DNA from: Clostridia bacterium
GTDB taxonomy: Bacteria; Bacillota; Clostridia; Oscillospirales; QAKW01
DNA length: 56,757 nt
Direction of reading: 5' to 3'
Assembly (NCBI GenBank): GCA_017482195.1
Contig: JAFUNM010000048.1
Span: 1 to 56,757, forward strand
The notes beneath the pieces were generated by a model that was given only the letters and a program-made list of their open reading frames with translations, was not told the origin of the DNA and did no database searches. The translations under genes were made by a program, and so were the position numbers. This document shows positions 24,966 to 33,491 of this stretch, piece by piece. Every line of letters begins with the position of its first letter. Position 1 is the first letter of the stretch.

Positions 24966-27932
24966 ATGAAAACCAAGCTTTCCGGGCGCTTTTGGTGCGC
25001 CCTTACCATTTTTAGTTTGATGGGGCAGATCGCATGGGTCGTTGAAAATATGTATTTCAACGTCTTCATTTATAATATGTTCAACGCCTCTGCCGCCGAC
25101 ATTTCCAATATGGTGGCCGCCTCTTCTGTTGCCGCCACCCTGACCACCGTTTTGATGGGTGCACTTTCCGACCGTCTTGGAAAACGGAAGGTCTTTATCT
25201 CGGCAGGCTACATTCTTTGGGGCGTTTCTATCCTAAGCTTTACCCTTTTGCGTACCGAGGTACTGTCGGCACTCTTCCCCATGGCGGCTTCTGCCGCTGC
25301 GGTGGGTGTGTCCCTGACCATTATTTTAGATTGCGTTATGACCTTCTTTGGCTCCACCGCCAATGATGCCGCCTTCAACGCCTGGCTCACCGACTCCACC
25401 GACAGCACCAACCGCGGCGCTGCCGAAGGCATCAACTCCATGATGCCTTTATTGGCCATTCTGGTGGTGTTCGGCGGATTTATGTTCTTTGATCTGAAAG
25501 AAAGCAGCAGCTGGACGGTGATCTTCACCGTCATTGGTGCACTGACACTGATCTTCGGCATTTTGGGCCTCTTCTTTATTGAAGAACCTAAGATCGTCCC
25601 GGTCAAAGAGCCGTATTTTAAGACCATTCTCCATGGGTTCCGTCCCGCAACAATCAAGGCCAATCCCACCCTTTATGTCACCCTTTTGGCCTTTATCGTC
25701 TTTAATATCTCCATTCAGATCTTTATGCCCTATCTGATCCTCTATTACACCGAGTCTTTGAAGATGGCCAACTATGTGCTGATCATGGCACCTGCCATCA
25801 TTCTGGCAGCGGTCTTTACCGCCTTTTGGGGCAAGGCTTACGATAAAAAAGGCTTCCAATTTGCAGGCCTGATCTCCGTCCTTCTGCTGATGGCCGGCTA
25901 CTGCTTACTCTTTATGTTCCGCTCCACCGTCCTGGTTTTTGCCGGCTCTCTTCTGATGATGAGCGGCTACCTTTCGGGGATGGCGGTCTTTGGCGCGGCA
26001 GTACGCGACTATACCCCTATGGGAAAAGCCGGACAGTTTCAGGGCGTACGAATCTTTTCCCAGGTTTTTGTGCCGGGCATTATCGGCCCCGCGATTGGTA
26101 AGATGATCCTTTCCAATGCCGAGACCGTGGTCAACAGCGACGGCACCACCTCCTTTATCCCCAACGAATACATCTTTTTAGGGGCGTTGGCCGCCATTCT
26201 GGCGATCCTGCCCTTCTTCCTCTGGATCAAGGCCACCAAAAAGCCCCGTACCGTTTCTTTAAAGACCCCCTTTGAAGAAGATTTAGACCAAGTGCCGTTT
26301 TCCGAATATCCGCGTCCCCAGATGAAGCGGGACTCCTATCTCTGCTTAAACGGCAAATGGAATTTAGAGATCCGCTCCAAAAAAGAAACGCTGAACACCC
26401 AGATCCTCGTTCCCTTTCCACCGGAAAGCCGTCTTTCGGGGGTGGAGCGGATCACCGAAAAAGGAGATCTGTTGATCTACACCCGCACCTTTTCCCTCCC
26501 CAAAGGGTTTCAAAAAGACACGGTGATTCTGCACTTCGGTGCGGTGGATCAATATACGGAGGTCTTTATAAACGAAAAGTCCGTCGGCAAAAATACAGGC
26601 GGCTATCTCCCCTTCTCCTTTGATATCACCGACGCCCTCATCGAAGGCCAAAACACCCTGCGAGTCCAGGTCACCGACCCTCTGGATCTCACGCTGCCCT
26701 ACGGCAAGCAACGGTCGAAGCGGGGCGGCATGTGGTACACCAAGGTCAGCGGCATCTGGCAGACCGTCTGGCTGGAAAGCCTGCCCCAAGATCCCATCCG
26801 CAAACTCAAAATCACCCCTACTCATACCGATGTTACCATCGAAGCAGAAGGCGAAAACACTTTACTATTCGGCAAAAAAGAATATAAATTTACTGACCGT
26901 ATAACGATCGAGGTGGAAGATCCTCATTTATGGACGCCCGAGGATCCTCATCTTTACGAATTCTCGGTACTCCGCGGCGAGGATCGGGTGGAGTCCTATT
27001 TTGCCCTGCGCACCATTACCGTCAAACAGGTAAAAGGGAAAGCGCTGCTTTGCTTAAACGATCAGCCCTATTTCTTCCACGGGCTTTTGGATCAGGGTTA
27101 TTTCAGTGACGGAATTTACCTGCCCGCCACCGAGGACGGCTTTAAAAACGATATCCTCAAAATGAAGGAGTGCGGTTTTAATATGCTCCGCAAGCATATC
27201 AAGCTGGAGCCGGAGCTGTTCTACTATTACTGCGACAAATACGGCATGGCCGTCTTTCAGGATTTCATTAATTCGGGACGGTATGATTTCTTCATTGACA
27301 CCGCCATCCCCACCGTCTGGCTGCGGCGGGGTCTGACCCATCGGGCAAATGAAGAACGCAAAAAGCAATTCTACCGCCACGGCAAGGGTATCATCGACAC
27401 CCTCTATAATCACCCAAGCGTCATATACTACACCATTTTCAATGAAGGCTGGGGACAGTTTAAGGCCGACCAATGCTACACCGATTTCAAGTCCATGGAT
27501 GAGACCCGCATCTTCGATACCACCTCCGGCTGGTTCAAGGAGACCCGCACCGATGTAGAAAGCGATCATATCTATTTTAAGCCGATCAAATTGGCGGGCG
27601 TTCCCGGCAAGCCCATGGTACTCTCGGAGTTCGGCGGCTATTCCTGCAAGGTTAAAGACCATTCCTTTAACCTGGACGAAAACAGCGGCTACCACTTCTT
27701 CACCGAAGAGCCCAAAGAACTGGAAAAAGAAGTATTGGCCCTCTACCGCCGGGAGATCCTTCCCACCATCGAGGGAGGCCTTTGCGCCACCGTTTACACG
27801 CAGGTCAGCGATGTGGAGGACGAGACCAACGGCCTCATGACTTATGACCGCCAGGTCCTAAAGGTGGAGCCTGGCGAAATGAAAGCCATGGCAGAGGAGC
27901 TGTTTGAAAAGTTTAATGAGACTCATCCGTAA
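24966..27932 (+). CDS. In-frame fusion: MFS/GPH-type transporter (N-terminal ~430 aa) with a glycoside hydrolase family 2 enzyme (C-terminal ~550 aa)
   Basis: Start at MKTKLSGRFW behind GGAGG. The MFS motif GALSDRLGKRK and about 12 hydrophobic segments come first. The GH2 part follows: YPRPQMKRDSYLCLNGKWNL, acid/base FNEGWG, nucleophile VLSEFGG. Confidence 0.8.
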   Translation: MKTKLSGRFWCALTIFSLMGQIAWVVENMYFNVFIYNMFNASAADISNMVAASSVAATLTTVLMGALSDRLGKRKVFISAGYILWGVSILSFTLLRTEVLSALFPMAASAAAVGVSLTIILDCVMTFFGSTANDAAFNAWLTDSTDSTNRGAAEGINSMMPLLAILVVFGGFMFFDLKESSSWTVIFTVIGALTLIFGILGLFFIEEPKIVPVKEPYFKTILHGFRPATIKANPTLYVTLLAFIVFNISIQIFMPYLILYYTESLKMANYVLIMAPAIILAAVFTAFWGKAYDKKGFQFAGLISVLLLMAGYCLLFMFRSTVLVFAGSLLMMSGYLSGMAVFGAAVRDYTPMGKAGQFQGVRIFSQVFVPGIIGPAIGKMILSNAETVVNSDGTTSFIPNEYIFLGALAAILAILPFFLWIKATKKPRTVSLKTPFEEDLDQVPFSEYPRPQMKRDSYLCLNGKWNLEIRSKKETLNTQILVPFPPESRLSGVERITEKGDLLIYTRTFSLPKGFQKDTVILHFGAVDQYTEVFINEKSVGKNTGGYLPFSFDITDALIEGQNTLRVQVTDPLDLTLPYGKQRSKRGGMWYTKVSGIWQTVWLESLPQDPIRKLKITPTHTDVTIEAEGENTLLFGKKEYKFTDRITIEVEDPHLWTPEDPHLYEFSVLRGEDRVESYFALRTITVKQVKGKALLCLNDQPYFFHGLLDQGYFSDGIYLPATEDGFKNDILKMKECGFNMLRKHIKLEPELFYYYCDKYGMAVFQDFINSGRYDFFIDTAIPTVWLRRGLTHRANEERKKQFYRHGKGIIDTLYNHPSVIYYTIFNEGWGQFKADQCYTDFKSMDETRIFDTTSGWFKETRTDVESDHIYFKPIKLAGVPGKPMVLSEFGGYSCKVKDHSFNLDENSGYHFFTEEPKELEKEVLALYRREILPTIEGGLCATVYTQVSDVEDETNGLMTYDRQVLKVEPGEMKAMAEELFEKFNETHP

Positions 27933-28059
27933 TTTTTTCAAGATGCCGCTTTAAGATTCGGTTAACGGTTTGAGAAAGCGAACGAACCTCTTCTTCGGCG
28001 ATCTCCCGCAGACGGTTTAATACCTCTTCATCAAGAGTTAAATTGATTCGTTTTTTCAT
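27913..28059 (-). CDS. Ribbon-helix-helix (CopG/Arc-like) DNA-binding protein, 48 aa (not in the ORF track)
   Basis: Hand translation is MKKRINLTLDEEVLNRLREIAEEEVRSLSQTVNRILKRHLEKITDESH. SD AAAGGAGGG is present. The 3' end overlaps the convergent GH2 gene by 20 nt. Confidence 0.65.
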   Translation of the reverse strand: MKKRINLTLDEEVLNRLREIAEEEVRSLSQTVNRILKRHLEKITDESH

Positions 28060-28076
28060 AAAGCCCTCCTTTTTGG

Positions 28077-28128
28077 AAACTAATCAGTTTATTTTCAACC
28101 CAATTATACAACTGATCAGTTGCCAAGT
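28077..28128 (-). promoter_or_regulatory. Consensus promoter with two palindromic operators for the RHH gene
   Basis: The minus strand reads TTGACT, a 17-nt spacer, then TATAAT. The spacer contains the perfect 14-bp palindrome CAACTGATCAGTTG (28109-28122). A second near-palindrome, AAACTAATCAGTTT (28077-28090), lies downstream of the -10. Confidence 0.55.
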
Positions 28129-28196
28129 CAAGAGTAAATCTATCTTTTTCTTTTATTATTTTTTATAATAGAGCCATAAATATAGGAGGCAACTAA

Positions 28197-28418
28197 ATGG
28201 TTTATTACACAGATCGCTTACAAAAAGCGCGAAAAGACCGGAACTTGACCCAACGAGAGTTGGCAAGGCTTTTGGAAATGCGCCATCAGCAATATAATCG
28301 GTATGAAACCGGTAAAACCGCAATGACGGTAGAAGTCTTTCGGAAGATTTGTGTTATCCTCAATGTTTCATCCGACTATTTATTAGGATTTACAGATGAA
28401 TCGAAACCTTTAAAATAA
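28197..28418 (+). CDS. XRE-family helix-turn-helix transcriptional regulator (73 aa)
   Basis: The HTH reads LTQRELARLLEMRHQQYNRYETGK. SD AGGAGG is present. It is divergent from the RHH gene. Confidence 0.8.
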   Translation: MVYYTDRLQKARKDRNLTQRELARLLEMRHQQYNRYETGKTAMTVEVFRKICVILNVSSDYLLGFTDESKPLK

Positions 28419-28451
28419 AAAGAGCTCGATGGAAAACCATCGAGCTCTTTT
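28419..28451. terminator. Bidirectional hairpin terminator
   Basis: aaagagctcgatgg pairs with ccatcgagctcttt, with A-run and T-run flanks. It sits between convergent genes. Confidence 0.75.
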
Positions 28452-29044
28452 TATGCGTCGGATAGATTTTTATTGGAATGCAGGCCGAGGACCAAGAACC
28501 AGACCAGGATCACCAGTCCGGACAAAAACATAAAGACATAACTGGGAACACTATGCACATGCAGGATCCCGGTGCAAATGATTCCGTAGATCAGGTAGAT
28601 CACCGAGCAGATCGCCATGACCGCCCAGTTATAGGCGGCGATCAGCGCAACGCTGATCAACACGATCAAAATGGAAACCAGCTCTCCAAACTCCTCTCCA
28701 AACCGCAGATGATCTCCCCAAAAAATGGAGAGCAGAAAGAAAACCATACCAAACAACAGCATTGCACAGCCGATCAGGATTCGTCCCGACAGATTCGGAT
28801 ACATCACATGGGCGTGGGCGGCTGTTTCGGAAACCGATTTTTCCGGAGCTTTGCCGTGCACCAATTCGTCCAAGGTGACATCAAACATTTCACTCATCCT
28901 CACCAGCTTGTCCAGCTCCGGGACGGCCGAATTGTTTTCCCATTTGGATACCGACTGACGGGAGACCCCCAGCGCATCGGCAAGCCCCCCTTGGGACAAC
29001 CCTTGCTCTACGCGACACTTATAAATATTTTCTCCGAGATCCAT
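28451..29044 (-). CDS. Membrane-bound XRE-family HTH protein (N-terminal HTH plus about 4 TM segments)
   Basis: Start at MDLGENIYK behind AGGAGG. The HTH reads LSQGGLADALGVSRQSVSKWENN and is followed by hydrophobic helices. Confidence 0.7.
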   Translation of the reverse strand: MDLGENIYKCRVEQGLSQGGLADALGVSRQSVSKWENNSAVPELDKLVRMSEMFDVTLDELVHGKAPEKSVSETAAHAHVMYPNLSGRILIGCAMLLFGMVFFLLSIFWGDHLRFGEEFGELVSILIVLISVALIAAYNWAVMAICSVIYLIYGIICTGILHVHSVPSYVFMFLSGLVILVWFLVLGLHSNKNLSDA

Positions 29045-29191
29045 CCCTTTGCCTCCTGTCCTTCGGGTGATACTCAAATTATAGCACCTGCAGGTGTGTA
29101 AAGTCTACCATCCATACTTTAAAATTTAGCAACCGAAAGTTGCTTTTTCTCTTCTTTAAATATTTTCTGCCGTTTTTCTTATACTATGCAT

Positions 29192-30166
29192 ATGTGTACG
29201 GCAATTTGTTTCAACAATTTATTCGGACGGACTTTAGACCATCATAAAGGCTACGGAGAAACGGTAACCCTCACTCCCCGAAGGGCACGTCTTTCCTTTA
29301 AAATGCTGCCCGCCATTGAGGAGCATTATGTCCTTTTGGGGATGGCAACGGTAGCAGAAGGAGTTCCCCTCTATTACGATGCCTTCAATGAGCACGGACT
29401 TTTTATGGCGGGTCTGCTCTTTGCGGACAACGCCGTCTACCTTCCGTCGGAAAAAGAAAAATACAATGTCGCGCCCTATGAACTGATCCCCTGGATCTTA
29501 GGGCAATGTCCGGATCTGAAGGCGGCACGGGCCCTGCTTACAAGGGTCAACCTCATAAACGAACCTTTTTCTAAGGAATTGCCCCTCTCTCCGCTCCATT
29601 GGATAGTGGCAGATCAAAGCAGCGCGCTCACCTTAGAACCCACCGCCCAGGGGTTGAAGATCCATGAAAACCCCATCGGCATTTTGACCAATAATCCGCC
29701 CTTTGATTATCAAATGACCCATCTGACAGACTATCTCAATCTGACCGCAGACTATCCCGCCGACCGCTTTGCAGATGGCCTGCTCTCCCCCTATAGCCGG
29801 GGCATGGGCGCCATGGGCCTCCCCGGGGATTGGTCCTCCGCTTCCCGCTTCGTGCGGGCGGCCTTCGCCAAAAAGCATTCTCCTGCCGACGGCGGTATAT
29901 CCTCCTTTTTCCATTGCATGGATGCAGTGTCGGTACCCGAAGGAGTCGCTCTTTCCAAAGAAGGCACCCCCATCATCACTCGCTACACCTGCTGCTGCGA
30001 TCCCGCCGCCGGCCGCTATTACTACACCACCTATGAGAACCGCCGCATCACCGCTGTCTCCTTAGAAGAGGAGGATCTGGATGCCGCACGTCCGATATCC
30101 TATTCTTTAATCAAAGAAGAAAGCATCTGTTTTCAAAAAAGTCTTGACAAAGCCAGACGCTTATAG
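29192..30166 (+). CDS. bsh: Choloylglycine (bile salt) hydrolase / linear amide C-N hydrolase, Ntn family
   Basis: N-terminal Met-Cys nucleophile (MCTAICF), plus FGRTLDH, LTNNPPFDYQ and GLPGDWSSASRFVR. There is no SD. A TATACT box ends 6 nt before ATG 29192, so the mRNA may be leaderless. Confidence 0.8.
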   Translation: MCTAICFNNLFGRTLDHHKGYGETVTLTPRRARLSFKMLPAIEEHYVLLGMATVAEGVPLYYDAFNEHGLFMAGLLFADNAVYLPSEKEKYNVAPYELIPWILGQCPDLKAARALLTRVNLINEPFSKELPLSPLHWIVADQSSALTLEPTAQGLKIHENPIGILTNNPPFDYQMTHLTDYLNLTADYPADRFADGLLSPYSRGMGAMGLPGDWSSASRFVRAAFAKKHSPADGGISSFFHCMDAVSVPEGVALSKEGTPIITRYTCCCDPAAGRYYYTTYENRRITAVSLEEEDLDAARPISYSLIKEESICFQKSLDKARRL

Positions 30167-30185
30167 TAGAATGATTAAGCGTTGT

Positions 30186-30262
30186 GGAGGCATAGCTCAG
30201 CTGGTTAGAGTACTTGCTTGACATGCAAGGGGTCACTGGTTCGATTCCAGTTGTCTCCACCA
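30186..30262 (+). tRNA. tRNA-Val (anticodon GAC), CCA encoded
   Basis: Hand-folded cloverleaf. Acceptor GGAGGCA pairs with TGTCTCC (one G-U). D arm GCTCAGCTGGTTAGAGT. Anticodon stem CTTGC/GCAAG with loop TTGACAT. T arm ACTGGTTCGATTCCAGT. Ends ACCA. Confidence 0.9.
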
Positions 30263-30299
30263 AAAAATATGGCACCCATTAAGGGTGCCATATTTTTTT
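30263..30299. terminator. Bidirectional hairpin terminator
   Basis: atatggcaccc pairs with gggtgccatat, flanked by AAAAAA and TTTTTTT. It sits between the tRNA and a convergent gene. Confidence 0.75.
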
Positions 30300-30314
30300 G
30301 CAAAAACGGCGGTC

Positions 30315-30881
30315 TTATTTCTTTTTCTTCTTCACCGAATAGCCGAAGGATCCGATCTTCTTCCCTAAAGCAAAATACTGCCCATGGGCATAAGCCGCAA
30401 AAGAGCATTTTTCCGGATGAAATTTGCCCTTCTCATCGATATACTGCTCATCGATATGCACCGCTACGATATCGGCAATGAACATATCATGCGTACCCAA
30501 AGGTACCACCTCGGTGACCTTGCATTCTATGCTCACCGGACTTTCTGCCACCATGGGACAGGAGACTTTAGATGCCTTTTCCCGTGTTAAGCGGCAGGCC
30601 TCAAATTTATCCAGATCCTTGCCGCTGCGCACCCCGCAGAAATCAACGGAACGGATAATATGGGAGGTGGGCATATTGATCACAAACTCGCCGCTCTCCT
30701 TAATCAGGTTATAAGAAAACCGCTCTTTCCGCACCGAAATATAGGTTTTTGCCGGCTCGGAATTGAGAATTCCCGTCCAGGCGATGGTGATCAAATTATC
30801 TTTTCCGTTATGGGCGCAGGAGATCAGCGCCGGGGGCACCGGGGCCATCAGCGTGCCCGGCTTCCAGGTTACTTTTGACAT
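30315..30881 (-). CDS. Flavin reductase-like (FMN-binding split-barrel) protein
   Basis: Start at MSKVTWKPGT behind GAGG. The pattern PVPPALISC...NLITIAWTG...FVINMPT is typical of the family. Confidence 0.75.
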   Translation of the reverse strand: MSKVTWKPGTLMAPVPPALISCAHNGKDNLITIAWTGILNSEPAKTYISVRKERFSYNLIKESGEFVINMPTSHIIRSVDFCGVRSGKDLDKFEACRLTREKASKVSCPMVAESPVSIECKVTEVVPLGTHDMFIADIVAVHIDEQYIDEKGKFHPEKCSFAAYAHGQYFALGKKIGSFGYSVKKKKK

Positions 30882-30891
30882 AGTATTTACC

Positions 30892-32205
30892 TCACAATTC
30901 AATCGTCGCTTTCCCGTCGGCATAGGAGATCCGATCTCCCTGCGCCTTCAGGCCGTCGATATAGTCAAAAAAGTCTTTTTTGGATGCAAAAGCGGGCTTT
31001 GCTTTTGCAAGGATATCCTTCGCACGTTGAGCGTTCTCCTTCAAAAGCAGCGTCAGCATCGTCAGCTGCCATTGAGCACTTTTTACGCAGGCCAGCTCCG
31101 GATCGTCGATAAAATAATCCTTTCCGTGGCTGAGTCCCACCGCACCGGGGGCATAGGGATGAATGGCCGGCATCACCAGCGAAATATCGCCCATATCCGT
31201 ACTGCCGGTATTAGTCACATCATGATACTCAAAGGGATACCCCAGCGTCTCGGCGGCTTCTTTGGCCAACACTACCAGCTCCGGCTCGTTGTGAAGCGGA
31301 GCATAACCGGGAGCATCCTGAATATCCACATTGCAGCCCATGGAAAGGGCTGCGCCCGCCAGCGCACGGTTGATCTTCTCATTTGCCTCTGACATCCCTT
31401 CATAGGTCAGCCCGCGCACATAGCTTTCCACCGTCACCCGGTCGGGAATGGCATTGACCGCCCCGCCCCCCTGGGTAATAATGGGATGAAAACGGATATA
31501 ATCCTTTTCCTGAAAGGTCTCTCGCAAAGCATTGGCGGCAGCAAGGCCTTGTGTGGCGGCATAAAGCGCGTTTTTCCCCTGCCAGGGGGCACCGCCCGCA
31601 TGGGCCGAGGTGCCCTTGAAAACGGCCTTTTTTGCAATAATGCCCACGCCGTCCCGGTTGCAGGTAAAGGTTTTTCCATGGGTAGTATGGACCATAAAGG
31701 CCAAATCTGCTCCGTCAAAATATCCGCGGTACATAAACTCCGTTTTCCCGCCGTAGTAGCGGATGGTGCCCTTTCGGATCAGTTCGTCTCGGTATTCCCG
31801 CTCAATGAGTTCCTCGGCGGGAACGGCACAAAGGCGGATGCGGCCGCAAAGGCCGTCCAGCGCTCCGGGCTCTTTTAAAGCGGCGGCCAAACCAAGAAGC
31901 GCGGCGCACTGCGCGCTATGGCCGCAGCAATGGACCCGACCTTCCACTGCGTCAGGATGCTCCGGACAGACCAAAGAATCCAGTTCCCCGAAGACCAGCA
32001 CCTCCGGGCCTTCCCGTCCGGTATCCAGTACCGTGTAAAAACCCGGGATATCCCCGGCCATCACCAGATCATAACCCAATTTACGAAAGGCCTCTTCCAA
32101 ATATCCGGAAGTCTTCCATTCTTTATAGCCGGTTTCCGGATGAGCCCAGATATAATTCTGGGCATCCAGGATCAGTTTCCGATGTTTTTTTGCCGCATTG
32201 ATCAT
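30892..32205 (-). CDS. M20-family amidohydrolase (AbgB / aminoacylase-like)
   Basis: Pattern IWAHPETGYKE...GELD...HCCGH and a dimerisation domain. I prefer the start at MINAAKK (ATG 32205), downstream of AAGGAG. Confidence 0.75.
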   Translation of the reverse strand: MINAAKKHRKLILDAQNYIWAHPETGYKEWKTSGYLEEAFRKLGYDLVMAGDIPGFYTVLDTGREGPEVLVFGELDSLVCPEHPDAVEGRVHCCGHSAQCAALLGLAAALKEPGALDGLCGRIRLCAVPAEELIEREYRDELIRKGTIRYYGGKTEFMYRGYFDGADLAFMVHTTHGKTFTCNRDGVGIIAKKAVFKGTSAHAGGAPWQGKNALYAATQGLAAANALRETFQEKDYIRFHPIITQGGGAVNAIPDRVTVESYVRGLTYEGMSEANEKINRALAGAALSMGCNVDIQDAPGYAPLHNEPELVVLAKEAAETLGYPFEYHDVTNTGSTDMGDISLVMPAIHPYAPGAVGLSHGKDYFIDDPELACVKSAQWQLTMLTLLLKENAQRAKDILAKAKPAFASKKDFFDYIDGLKAQGDRISYADGKATIEL

Positions 32206-32282
32206 TCGTTCTACCACTCCTTTTTAAAGATTATATCATCTTCCTTTTTAATATGCAAACAAATTGACATTTTTTAAAGAGG

Positions 32283-32500
32283 GTGCTAAAATGTCGAAAG
32301 AAACACTCTTGGGAACAAGGAAGAGGGGTGCGAGTCCCCCGCGATCCCGTCGCCGTGTTTGGCAAGGAGCCGCCCGAAACGCCACTGCTTTACAGCGGGA
32401 AGGCGGGCGGCACCGTTTGAGCCATCAGCCGAAAGACTTCTCTCAAGAGGTTTGATCTTCTCGCTACGATGAATAGCCATCGCCTCCCGAACGCCGCTTT
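32283..32500 (+). promoter_or_regulatory. Cobalamin (B12) riboswitch
   Basis: Core-like elements are GGGAACAAGGAAGAGGGGTGCGAGTCCCCCGCGATCCCGTCGCCGTG, then GCCACTG....GCGGGAAGGC, and a B12-box-like GAGCCATCAGCC. It lies upstream of the DUF4430 and ECF-S genes. The boundaries are approximate. Confidence 0.65.
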
Positions 32501-32578
32501 GGCAGAAAGCCACGGGGCGGATGCGATGAAATCAAGAGAACATCAAACCGTTTCAATCATTTTAAAAGGAGAAACAAA

Positions 32579-32974
32579 ATGCAAAAGAAGCAAAAAATTC
32601 TAATTGGCATCGGTGCTGCGCTTTTAATAGTGGCAGTGATTGTTGCTGGGCTCCTTTGGAACGGTTTTTCTGCCAAACCGGAAGAGGGAAGTAAAGCAAT
32701 TGTGTTTGAGGTGGTTCAGAAGGACGGCTCCTCCGAGGAGCACGAAATCTCCACCGACGCGGAATACCTGGCGGATGCGCTGGTTGAGGAAGGCCTCATT
32801 GAGTACGCCGAGGACGGATTCTACACCACCATCGACGGTGTTACCGCCGACTGGAATGTGGATCAGGGCTGGTGGTGTATCTCTCAGGACGGCGTTTCAC
32901 TGTCTGTAGGTATGAATCAGCAGCCCATTGCCGACGGGGAGCACTATGAAGCGACCTACACCATCGGCTATTAA
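32579..32974 (+). CDS. Membrane-anchored DUF4430-like (transcobalamin-like beta-domain) protein
   Basis: An N-terminal TM segment is followed by a ~100-aa domain (GLIEYAEDGFYTTIDGVTAD...WWCISQDGV). B12-riboswitch control supports a corrinoid-binding role. Confidence 0.6.
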   Translation: MQKKQKILIGIGAALLIVAVIVAGLLWNGFSAKPEEGSKAIVFEVVQKDGSSEEHEISTDAEYLADALVEEGLIEYAEDGFYTTIDGVTADWNVDQGWWCISQDGVSLSVGMNQQPIADGEHYEATYTIGY

Positions 32975-33455
32975 GCTGCGGGAGCTGACCGCTCTGGCGG
33001 TCTTTGCCGCGCTGATGATCGCCTTTCAGGTGGCGATGGCGGGGCTGACCAATATTGAGGTGGTCACCCTCTTCACCATTCTGGTGACCCTTCACTATGG
33101 GAAAAAGGCGCTGCTTTCGGTGGCTGTCTTTATATTGGCAGAAGGACTGATCTACGGCTTTCATCTCTGGTGGATCAGCTATTGCTACGTATGGCCTCTT
33201 TTGGTGCTGATCGTTTTGGCGCTGAAAAAATGGAGCCATCCCCTCCTCTGGACGGTGGTGGGCGGCTTTTTCGGTCTTGCCTTCGGTCCCCTTTGCTCCA
33301 TTCCCGAATTTATCGCGGGCGGCTGGGGCGCCGGCTTTGGCTACATCATCAGCGGCATCCCCTACGACCTGGTTCATTGCATCGGAAATATTGTATTGAT
33401 CTTTTTACTGTATTATCCCCTGGAAAAGATCCTGGTTCGTATTTTACCGAAATAA
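32946..33455 (+). CDS. ECF transporter S component (probably corrinoid-specific)
   Basis: About 170 aa with 5-6 TM segments and a typical S-component size. It follows the riboswitch and the DUF4430 gene. The start is ambiguous (32928 or 32946). Confidence 0.6.
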   Translation: MKRPTPSAIKLRELTALAVFAALMIAFQVAMAGLTNIEVVTLFTILVTLHYGKKALLSVAVFILAEGLIYGFHLWWISYCYVWPLLVLIVLALKKWSHPLLWTVVGGFFGLAFGPLCSIPEFIAGGWGAGFGYIISGIPYDLVHCIGNIVLIFLLYYPLEKILVRILPK

Positions 33456-33456
33456 T

Positions 33457-33490
33457 AAAAAAGGAAACAGCTATGCTGTTTCCTTTTTTA
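33457..33490. terminator. Bidirectional hairpin terminator
   Basis: ggaaacagc (33463-33471) pairs with gctgtttcc (33475-33483), with A-run and T-run flanks. Confidence 0.75.
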
Positions 33491-33491
33491 T

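Noticed and set aside
27913-28059. The RHH gene as the antitoxin of a type II toxin-antitoxin pair
   Set aside because: No partner ORF exists. Downstream it overlaps the convergent GH2 gene, and upstream lies its own promoter. It is better described as an orphan RHH regulator.
29128-29150. Plus-strand hairpin with T-run (agcaac-cgaa-agttgct-ttttc) upstream of bsh, considered as an attenuator
   Set aside because: The stem is only 6 bp, no upstream plus-strand transcript or leader ORF is evident, and I found no alternative pairing.
30186-30262. tRNA-Val as the integration site of a genomic island carrying the RHH/XRE/bsh genes
   Set aside because: I found no second copy of the tRNA 3' end (ttcgattccagttgtctcc) and no integrase anywhere in the window. 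The regulators and bsh lie 5' of the tRNA, not at its 3' end.
32264-32513. Short ORFs of 63 aa (plus strand) and 75 aa (minus strand) in the 32.3-32.5 kb intergenic region
   Set aside because: The region carries cobalamin-riboswitch sequence hallmarks. The ORFs are Arg/Gly/Pro-rich with no SD.
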